DNA from: an uncultured Eubacteriales bacterium
GTDB lineage: Bacteria > Bacillota > Clostridia > Oscillospirales > UBA644
NCBI GenBank assembly: GCA_900547165.1
Contig: URFZ01000001.1
Location: 11,631-75,630, forward strand
Direction: 5' to 3'
Length of the DNA stretch: 64,000 nucleotides
Part shown: in pieces, positions 56,396 through 62,519 of the stretch
Layout of the letters: each line of letters opens with the position of its first letter
Position numbering within the stretch: position 1 is the stretch's first letter
Position numbers and translations under genes: made by a program
The notes under the pieces: model-generated
Seen by the model: the letters and a program-made list of their open reading frames with translations, nothing else
What the model was told of the DNA's origin: nothing
The model's database searches: none

Positions 56396-56529
56396 GCGTT
56401 TCCTCCCGCACCGACAAGACCGAATGCAAGCGCAGTCAGCGCCGAATCAGCCCCGTACCATGAAGAAAACGGAAATGCTCCTATCTTTTTTTCTCTTTTT
56501 TCTTTCTTGTTTCTTCTGAATATTCTCAT
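56383..56529 (-). CDS. Hidden 48-aa sORF translationally coupled to the ABC exporter genes
   Basis: It is not in the track because it is under 60 aa. The minus strand reads GGGGGAGGCAAA-ATG. Hand translation: MRIFRRNKKEKREKKIGAFPFSSWYGADSALTALAFGLVGAGGNAWTR*. The TAA at 56385..56383 overlaps the ABC ATG (56395) by 13 nt. Confidence 0.4.
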   Translation of the reverse strand: MRIFRRNKKEKREKKIGAFPFSSWYGADSALTALAFGLVGAGGNAWTR

Positions 56530-56557
56530 TTTGCCTCCCCCTTTATGTAAAATTTCA

Positions 56558-56582
56558 GCGCACGGGGTCGGACCCCGTGCGC
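56558..56582 (-). terminator. Hairpin (terminator/attenuator) between the LiaF-like gene and the sORF
   Basis: The minus strand reads GCGCACGGGG-TCCGA-CCCCGTGCGC followed by TGAAATTTTAC. It ends 28 nt before the sORF ATG. Confidence 0.5.
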
Positions 56583-56607
56583 TTATCGCTTTTCAGAGCC
56601 TGTATGT

Positions 56608-57324
56608 CTATTCAAATATGATTGCCAGAGAGCCGAGATTGTTGTCTCCCGTGATTTTCAGCACGGGCGCGCCCTCCGCCGTCTCGTGCGACGGAATTTT
56701 GACCGAGCCGAGATTGTTGTCAACATTGCTGACCACACGCCATGCTTTGGGAACATGAACGACCATCGAGCCGCAGTTATTGTCAACATTCAGGGCTCCG
56801 CTGCCGCCGTATCTGTCCGCGTTTTCGATATAAACGTGAATCGAACCGCAGTTGTTTTCCACTTCGTATTCGCCGAGATCCGCCGCATCGACATAAACGA
56901 CCGACGCCTGCGAAAAATTCTTTTTCTCGTTTGTGTTTATCACAACAGTATTACCGTCCTTATCTATCTGCGTTTTTTTTCTTTTTTTTAAATTGCCGCC
57001 GAGAACGCCGACGCCTATCGTCAGCAGAAGCGCGGCAAGAAGAACCAGCCAGTTTGAGATAAGGTTGGGGTCGTCATGACCGAGCCACGTTGCTATCTGT
57101 CCCTCAAAAAGAAGGAAGATGAATGCCAACGGGAAGAAGATGTGCGAAAATTTGAGTTCGACGATTTCCACAACGAGCCATGCAAGGCAAAGAACGCCGC
57201 CGACTATGCTCCATGCCGAGATCTGCGCGCCGCTTATCGAAATGCCGAGTCCGTCAAGGATAAGCGCAACAGCCGCGCAAACAAGTATTATTCCGAAAAA
57301 CAAACCGTTTCTGCTCTTTTTCAT
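56608..57324 (-). CDS. LiaF-like membrane protein (4 TM plus repeated NNxGS beta-domain)
   Basis: N-terminal TM helices, a KKRKKTQ linker, then repeats VENNCGSIHVY / VDNNCGSMVVHVP / VDNNLGSVKIP / GDNNLGSLAIIF, as in LiaF/DUF2154-type proteins. Confidence 0.7.
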   Translation of the reverse strand: MKKSRNGLFFGIILVCAAVALILDGLGISISGAQISAWSIVGGVLCLAWLVVEIVELKFSHIFFPLAFIFLLFEGQIATWLGHDDPNLISNWLVLLAALLLTIGVGVLGGNLKKRKKTQIDKDGNTVVINTNEKKNFSQASVVYVDAADLGEYEVENNCGSIHVYIENADRYGGSGALNVDNNCGSMVVHVPKAWRVVSNVDNNLGSVKIPSHETAEGAPVLKITGDNNLGSLAIIFE

Positions 57325-57779
57325 TTTTTCAACCTCGTTTCTTCTATCGTTTCTCTGAACGCCTTGTAATACATTCTCGAAACGTAAACTATTTTGTTTG
57401 AATTTTTAAAAGTGACTTCGCTTGCACCCGTCACTGAACGCTGAACGGAGAATACAAGAGCCGTGTTTATCAGGCATGATTTTGAACCTCGGACAAACGT
57501 TCTCGGAAGTATCTCCGAAAGCTCGTGAAGTCTCATACGGCACGAGAACATTCTGTCACGCGTGTGTGCCGAAATTTTTCCGTCCGCCGTTTCAAAAAAC
57601 AGAATGTCTTCGCACGGGACGTAACATTCGACATCGCCCAGAAACATCGCTATCTCGCTTTTTCCGTCGAGCAAGCCCTCGATGGCGGAACTGAGACGGT
57701 AAACCGTGTTGTCCGCGCTCGGAGACCGTATAACAACTTCCGCTTCCGCGGCGGGGTCTATCTCTATTCTGAGTTTCAC
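57321..57779 (-). CDS. LytTR-domain DNA-binding protein (no receiver domain)
   Basis: LytTR block YVPCEDILFFETADGKISAHTRDRMFSCRMRLHELSEILP..FVRGSKSCLIN. I moved the start to GTG 57779 (8 nt after AAAGGAG) because the track ATG at 57806 lies inside the -10 box of the promoter. Confidence 0.8.
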   Translation of the reverse strand: MKLRIEIDPAAEAEVVIRSPSADNTVYRLSSAIEGLLDGKSEIAMFLGDVECYVPCEDILFFETADGKISAHTRDRMFSCRMRLHELSEILPRTFVRGSKSCLINTALVFSVQRSVTGASEVTFKNSNKIVYVSRMYYKAFRETIEETRLKK

Positions 57780-57804
57780 GCCCTCATCTCCTTTCGACAA
57801 TTGC

Positions 57805-57833
57805 ATTATACAACTTTTCCCGCAACTTGTAAA
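57805..57833 (-). promoter_or_regulatory. Sigma-A type promoter of the LytTR string
   Basis: The minus strand reads TTTACA-17 nt-TATAAT. Confidence 0.6.
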
Positions 57834-57927
57834 TACCTTTTCTCTGACAGGTCGTTTTTTTTCTCCGAGTGGTAGTTCTTTTTGCCCAAAAGCGTTTTTA
57901 CGGGCGTCAAAATGCGTTTTTGCCGTC

Positions 57928-57957
57928 TTGACGGGTATTGTTCGCGTATGATATAAT
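57928..57957 (+). promoter_or_regulatory. Extended -10 promoter upstream of the sigma-factor gene
   Basis: TTGACG-18 nt-(TGA)TATAAT, about 115 nt upstream of TTG 58071. Confidence 0.55.
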
Positions 57958-58070
57958 CAATTCGGGGCGGAGCAAAAATTTTTTTCAAAAAGCATAAGGA
58001 AAAACGCCCGCCCGATTGTATAATAAGTGAAAGGGCTTGAAAACGCCCGCGTCAAAAGGAGGGAATCGCC

Positions 58071-58622
58071 TTGGATAACGGCGCCCGTAGCTACCGCCGT
58101 TTTCTGGACGGGGACGAAAACGCCTTTGTTGAAATAATGGACGAATACCGTGACGGACTTATTTTCTTCATCAACGGCTATTTGAACGATTTTCACGCGG
58201 CGGAGGACATCGCGGCAGACTGCTTTGTGTTCCTGCTTGTCCACAAACACAGGTACAACTTCAAAGTTTCGCTGAAAACCTATCTTTATATGATAGGTCG
58301 GTCAAAGTCGCTCAATTATCTGAAAAGGCGTAAGATAATCACGACCGAAGCCCTCGACGAAGCGGAAAACGAAGTATCGGACGAAAAAACACCCGAAGAC
58401 GCCGTTCTGACAAGCGAACGAAAGCGCGCGGTTCACGAAGCGCTGAAAAAGCTGAACGAAGAAATGCGGACGGCGGTTCACCTTGTCTACTTCGACGGTA
58501 TGACCTACGCGGAAACGGCAAAAATCATGAAAAAATCTCCCAAACAGGTAGACAATCTTTTATACAGGGCAAAAGCGGAACTCCGCTCCCTGCTCGGAAA
58601 GGAGGGCGAAAGCCTCTTATGA
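58071..58622 (+). CDS. Sigma-70 family (ECF-like) RNA polymerase sigma factor
   Basis: TTG start 7 nt after GGAGGG. Region 2 is DIAADCFVFLLVHKHRYNF...LYMIGRSKSLNYLKRRK. Region 4 is MTYAETAKIMKKSPKQVDNLLYRAKAELR. Confidence 0.85.
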   Translation: MDNGARSYRRFLDGDENAFVEIMDEYRDGLIFFINGYLNDFHAAEDIAADCFVFLLVHKHRYNFKVSLKTYLYMIGRSKSLNYLKRRKIITTEALDEAENEVSDEKTPEDAVLTSERKRAVHEALKKLNEEMRTAVHLVYFDGMTYAETAKIMKKSPKQVDNLLYRAKAELRSLLGKEGESLL

Positions 58623-59218
58623 AAACAAGAGAAGAATTCAACGAAGAAGTGTTCGCTCGACGCGACGCTTATATAAAGGAAAGAAAACAAAGGACAAAAA
58701 GAATAATTTCGGTATCCGCTTCCGCGGCCTGCGTTGTTCTTGTCGCGGTCGTCGCCGTTGCGGGGTTAGGAAACAGAGACCCAAAGAAAACAAACGTTTC
58801 AAACAGCGAAGAAAACGGATATACGCTCGCCGAAACGGAAAAAATATCTGCGCTTCCGTCACACACCTCCGACAGAGCAAATTCCTCCGCCCCGGAAGCC
58901 TCCGACAAGACGAAGCTTGAAGAATTCTCTTTTGATGAAGATATGGAAAACCTCAAACCAGACCCGAATTTAAGGATAAACGGGTTTGTCAACACCTCTC
59001 CCGAAAAGACAGAAACCGCGGAGGACGCGATAAATCGGGCAAAGAAAGAATTAAAAAAGGAATATCCCGATACCGAAGTCGCGTTTGACTGTGACGAAAG
59101 CGTTTGGAGAGTGCGCTTCGGTTCAAACGATGACCCCGACGGCTGCTGCTGCGTTTATATAACCGAAAACGGTATAACGCTTGCCGTGGTTTACTTTGCC
59201 GTCGCTTACGGAAAATAA
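58619..59218 (+). CDS. Single-pass membrane protein, candidate anti-sigma factor
   Basis: ATGA overlap with the sigma gene. It has a cytoplasmic N-terminal 30 aa, a TM (IISVSASAACVVLVAVVAVAGL) and an extracytoplasmic domain. There is no zinc-finger anti-sigma motif, so the role is inferred from position only. Confidence 0.45.
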   Translation: MKTREEFNEEVFARRDAYIKERKQRTKRIISVSASAACVVLVAVVAVAGLGNRDPKKTNVSNSEENGYTLAETEKISALPSHTSDRANSSAPEASDKTKLEEFSFDEDMENLKPDPNLRINGFVNTSPEKTETAEDAINRAKKELKKEYPDTEVAFDCDESVWRVRFGSNDDPDGCCCVYITENGITLAVVYFAVAYGK

Positions 59219-59228
59219 GGAGAGCGAT

Positions 59229-60233
59229 ATGAGAAAACATATTTTGCGAAAAGCGTGTTTTCCGCTTCTTGCGGTTGCGGTTTTAATAACCGCGGCAGCC
59301 TGCGCGGAAAAAGAGACCGAACGGGAAGTCGGAAAAGAAACGCGGAGAACAACGGAAAATACGCAGACAATAATCAACAGGGACGCGGCGTATGCCGGTA
59401 TCCACTTTCCCAAAGGAGAAAAGATAATCAAAATCACCGAAATAAATACCGATGAAAAAACCGTAAAGGGAACGGTGCTTCCTCAGCCCGTAAAATGCAG
59501 GGAAAACATCGTTTTTTCCGTATCGGACAAAACAAGCGTTGTCACAACGGAAACTGCGGAAAGCGGAACGAAAGGCAACGTAAAAAGTCTGTCTGAACTC
59601 AAAGCGGGAGACATTGTTTCCGTCAAGACCGACGGCGCGGAAAAAGCGACGCCTTTTGCGGAACGGATAACGTTTATCCCGACAGAAACCGATGAAGAAA
59701 CGTTTTCGTATAAAGAAATCGCGGAAAAATTCGGTCTTGCAACGCAATGGAAAAACAGTACAGACATTGAAAGTCTTTATACTCTTGACAACGCTTTCGA
59801 CGCGGTAATGATTGCCGTCCAGACCTACTCAAACGACGAATACGGTTTTTACGCATCTGTCGCTTACGATAAAGATTACGGTATGTGGGAAGTCATACTC
59901 ACACCCGACGAGGAAGCGACAAGACCCGCGCCGACAAGAGCCGTATATATCGAAAAAATCGCCGATAAGGGCGGCATACACGAAACGGTTACGGAACAGC
60001 AAATGACGGTAAAGGACATTGAAGCGGCAGCAAACACCGTTCTTTGCAGCGGCTTTTCGCTCAAATGCGACAAAAATACCGCATTTTACAGAGGCGGAGA
60101 CGAAATCAGGATAACGGATCTGAAACCCGACGAAACCGTTAAAGTGTTTTATTCGGGAAACGCGATAACGCCCGCCCCGCCGCAGATAGCGCAAATTTTG
60201 CGTATTGAAGCGAAATTGCCGACCGAAAGATAA
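59229..60233 (+). CDS. Lipoprotein of unknown function
   Basis: ATG 59229 follows AAGGAG. The signal is MRKHILRKACFPLLAVAVLITAAAC (lipobox). Length is 334 aa, with no motif I recognise. Confidence 0.6.
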   Translation: MRKHILRKACFPLLAVAVLITAAACAEKETEREVGKETRRTTENTQTIINRDAAYAGIHFPKGEKIIKITEINTDEKTVKGTVLPQPVKCRENIVFSVSDKTSVVTTETAESGTKGNVKSLSELKAGDIVSVKTDGAEKATPFAERITFIPTETDEETFSYKEIAEKFGLATQWKNSTDIESLYTLDNAFDAVMIAVQTYSNDEYGFYASVAYDKDYGMWEVILTPDEEATRPAPTRAVYIEKIADKGGIHETVTEQQMTVKDIEAAANTVLCSGFSLKCDKNTAFYRGGDEIRITDLKPDETVKVFYSGNAITPAPPQIAQILRIEAKLPTER

Positions 60234-60271
60234 ACAGTCGGAGTATAATCAGCCAAGAAAGGGAATCAAAT

Positions 60272-61552
60272 ATGAAAAAGAAAATAACAGGGATTTTTGC
60301 GCTGCTGCTCGCGGCGGTTATAGGAATCAACATTTCGGGCTGCGCAAAAAGGGTGCAGGCAGCAGATCTTTCACAGGGAATAACGCCCGTCAAGGTCGAA
60401 GGCAAGGCGGCGGACGCGAAATATTCGGCCGCGCAGATGAACTTTGCGCTCAAACTGCTTGAAAAAACGTTTGAAGAAAAAGGAAAGGAAAATCTGCTTG
60501 TCTCTCCCGTTTCCGTTACGCTTGCGCTTGCGATGACATCAAACGGCGCGGACGGAGAAACGAAAAAGCAGTTTGAAACTTTGCTCGGCTCGGGCATGGA
60601 CACCGACGAACTGAACGCCTATCTTTATGCCTTTTTGCAAAGCTTTTCAAATGAAAATGCCGGAAAACTGAAAACAGCGAACTCGATATGGTTCAACACG
60701 GAGCATCACTCTTTTGAAGCGGACAGAACCTTTTTGCAGAAAAACGCGGATTGGTATTCGGCGTCGCTTTACGGTTCCGATTTCGGGGCTCAAACCGTCA
60801 AAGACATCAACGCGTGGGTCAGCGACAAAACCGATAAAATGATAGACCGGATAATTGAAGATATCGACAAAGACACCGTTATGTTTTTGATAAACGCGCT
60901 TTCTTTTGACGCGGAGTGGCAGGATGTTTACAGGAAAAAAGACATCTCTGAAGGAACATTCACATCTCTTGACGGGCAAAAAAGAAAAGTCGAAATGATG
61001 CGGTCGAAAGAATACGCATATTTCGACGACGGGTATGCGACAGGCTTCAGAAAGAATTATACAGGCGGAAGATATTCGTTTATCGCGTTGCTTCCGAACG
61101 AGGGCGTTTCACTTGCCGATTACGTCAAAACTCTTGCGAATACCGCGCCCGAAAAGGTCGTTAAAATGCTGACCTCTCCGCAAAGTACGTCGGTACAGGC
61201 AACAATGCCGAAATTCGGCTATGATTTTGAATTGAGGCTCAACGACATCCTTATCGCGCTCGGGCTTTCCGACGCTTTCAATGCCTCAAAGGCAAACCTT
61301 TCAAAGCTCGGAAAATGCAGCGACGGAAGCAACCTTTATATAAGCGAGGTTTTGCATAAAACGCATATCGAAGTTGACGAGCGCGGCACAAAGGCGGGAG
61401 CGGTGACCTCGGTCGCAATCAATGCGGAAGCCTCGATGTACCCCGAAGAAATAAAAGAAGTCACGCTTGACAGACCTTTCGTCTATATCATATTCGACAA
61501 CGAGACCTCGACCCCGATATTTATAGGCTCGGTAACGGACATACAAAAATAA
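60272..61552 (+). CDS. Serpin-family protease inhibitor, lipoprotein
   Basis: Signal MKKKITGIFALLLAAVIGINISGC. Serpin blocks: NLLVSPVSVTLALAMTSNGADGETKKQFETLL, FIALLPNEG, hinge/RCL DERGTKAGAVTSVAINAEASMYPE, and LDRPFVYIIFD. Confidence 0.85.
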   Translation: MKKKITGIFALLLAAVIGINISGCAKRVQAADLSQGITPVKVEGKAADAKYSAAQMNFALKLLEKTFEEKGKENLLVSPVSVTLALAMTSNGADGETKKQFETLLGSGMDTDELNAYLYAFLQSFSNENAGKLKTANSIWFNTEHHSFEADRTFLQKNADWYSASLYGSDFGAQTVKDINAWVSDKTDKMIDRIIEDIDKDTVMFLINALSFDAEWQDVYRKKDISEGTFTSLDGQKRKVEMMRSKEYAYFDDGYATGFRKNYTGGRYSFIALLPNEGVSLADYVKTLANTAPEKVVKMLTSPQSTSVQATMPKFGYDFELRLNDILIALGLSDAFNASKANLSKLGKCSDGSNLYISEVLHKTHIEVDERGTKAGAVTSVAINAEASMYPEEIKEVTLDRPFVYIIFDNETSTPIFIGSVTDIQK

Positions 61553-61573
61553 TACAAGGCAAGGCATTAAATT

Positions 61574-61882
61574 ATGGTAAAATCAGTCAAAACAAGAAGA
61601 ATACTGACAACAGTTTTTCTCATCGCGCTTCTCGCGGCAGGCATTTTATTCTTCCCTGTTCCCGCGGCGGCGACAAACGACAGAACGCAGGAATTCAACG
61701 CCGTGACCTACAAGATAGTTATCTGGAACAAAACGCTTCCGAACGGCGAAACCTACAAAAAGACGCGATTCTATTTCCTCTCGCAAAGATACAAGAGCCT
61801 TGACGAACTCTGGGCGCAAGAGGAAGAATTTCTCTTCGGAAAAACGCTCAAAAACACCTCGACAGACTTTTCCGCCAAATAA
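61574..61882 (+). CDS. Small signal-anchored protein of unknown function
   Basis: 102 aa with an N-terminal hydrophobic segment (ILTTVFLIALLAAGILFFPVPAAA). It begins 21 nt after the serpin stop with no terminator in between. Confidence 0.45.
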   Translation: MVKSVKTRRILTTVFLIALLAAGILFFPVPAAATNDRTQEFNAVTYKIVIWNKTLPNGETYKKTRFYFLSQRYKSLDELWAQEEEFLFGKTLKNTSTDFSAK

Positions 61883-61926
61883 CAAAGACCGTTTCAAATC
61901 TCCTGAAATACCTTATCTCACAAAGC

Positions 61927-61958
61927 CCTGCGGCGTAAGCGAATGCTTACGCCGCAGG
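61927..61958. terminator. Perfect 14-bp hairpin closing the sigma/serpin cluster
   Basis: CCTGCGGCGTAAGC-GAAT-GCTTACGCCGCAGG. No clean U-tract follows on either strand. Confidence 0.45.
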
Positions 61959-62018
61959 ACTGTTCAGGCAGTAAAATCTATATGAAAAAGTTCAGACTTT
62001 TGCGATTAAATTCTTGCT

Positions 62019-62207
62019 GTGAGAGAGGTGTCACCATGTCAGGAGCGCTTCTTTTTCTCAACGACCGTAACCGCAACGGGCGGCTTCGGAATAGGGCTTT
62101 CGATAGCGCGCAGTATCGCGGAGGGACACAGAGGAAGCATAAAAGCGAAAAGCGACGACGGGAGAACGATCGAATTTGCTGCGGAGCTCAGACAGATGAC
62201 AAAATGA
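62019..62207 (+). pseudogene. 3' remnant of a histidine kinase gene (HATPase_c G2 box onward)
   Basis: ..CQERFFFSTTVTATGGFGIGLSIARSIAEGHRGSIKAKSDDGRTIEFAAEL is the last approx. 55 aa of a sensor kinase. An in-frame TAA lies 4 codons upstream. No DHp/H-box, N-box or SD is present. Confidence 0.6.
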
Positions 62208-62246
62208 GATATTCCGAAAGAAATCCGAAATTTGTTTTTGTCGCGG

Positions 62247-62275
62247 TTGACAATGCCGTTTATATATGATATAAT
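62247..62275 (+). promoter_or_regulatory. Consensus extended -10 sigma-A promoter of the SCIFF precursor
   Basis: TTGACA-17 nt-(TGA)TATAAT, 32 nt upstream of ATG 62308. Confidence 0.75.
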
Positions 62276-62307
62276 ATAACAAATCTATCTTTACGGAGGA
62301 TAAAATC

Positions 62308-62457
62308 ATGGAGAATATTAAGACGATAAGCACACGCAACCTTTGCGAGAGCGCGAAAAACGGCGGCTGCGGCGAATGCCAGACTTCCTGCCAATCCGCT
62401 TGCAAGACCAGCTGCGGCATTGCTAACCAGGCTTGCGAGAACAAAGAAAGCAAGTAA
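62308..62457 (+). CDS. SCIFF-type (six-cysteines-in-forty-five family) radical-SAM-modified peptide precursor
   Basis: Absent from the ORF track because it is 49 aa. GGAGG lies 8 nt upstream. Hand translation: MENIKTISTRNLCESAKNGGCGECQTSCQSACKTSCGIANQACENKESK*. The block GGCGECQTSCQSACKTSC matches the SCIFF family signature as I remember it. Confidence 0.9.
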   Translation: MENIKTISTRNLCESAKNGGCGECQTSCQSACKTSCGIANQACENKESK

Positions 62458-62476
62458 TTTTTGACAAAGAACTAAG

Positions 62477-62505
62477 ATGCCGCCCTTTCGGGGGCGGCAT
62501 TTTTA
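62477..62505 (+). terminator. Hairpin plus U-tract between precursor and maturase (partial terminator)
   Basis: ATGCCGCCC-TTTCGG-GGGCGGCAT followed by TTTTAG. The maturase ATGs follow at 62508 and 62520. Confidence 0.65.
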
Positions 62506-62519
62506 GAATGAAAGATATT

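Noticed and set aside
57780-57806. Track start codon ATG 57806 for the LytTR gene.
   Set aside because: The AT of this ATG forms the last two bases of the TATAAT -10 box of a TTTACA-17-TATAAT promoter, so it should not be in the mRNA. GTG 57779 with AAAGGAG 8 nt upstream is used instead.
57990-58055. Direct repeat GAAAA(A)CGCCCGC (two copies, about 40 nt apart) upstream of the sigma gene, considered as an ECF autoregulatory promoter.
   Set aside because: I could not fit either copy to a -35/-10 pair with sensible spacing (no CGTC-type -10 at 16-17 nt). The repeat is left as unexplained and not called.
61943-62269. 108-aa plus-strand ORF spanning the kinase remnant in another frame.
   Set aside because: It has no SD and an Arg-rich nonsense translation. 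The only recognisable homology in this segment, the HATPase_c tail, is in a different frame.
62433-62519. Track start of the maturase ORF inside the SCIFF precursor gene (MREQRKQVIFDKELRCRPFGGGIF...).
   Set aside because: This stretch is an alternative frame of the precursor 3' end and the terminator hairpin. Family members begin near MIH.Y..NG, matching ATG 62520.
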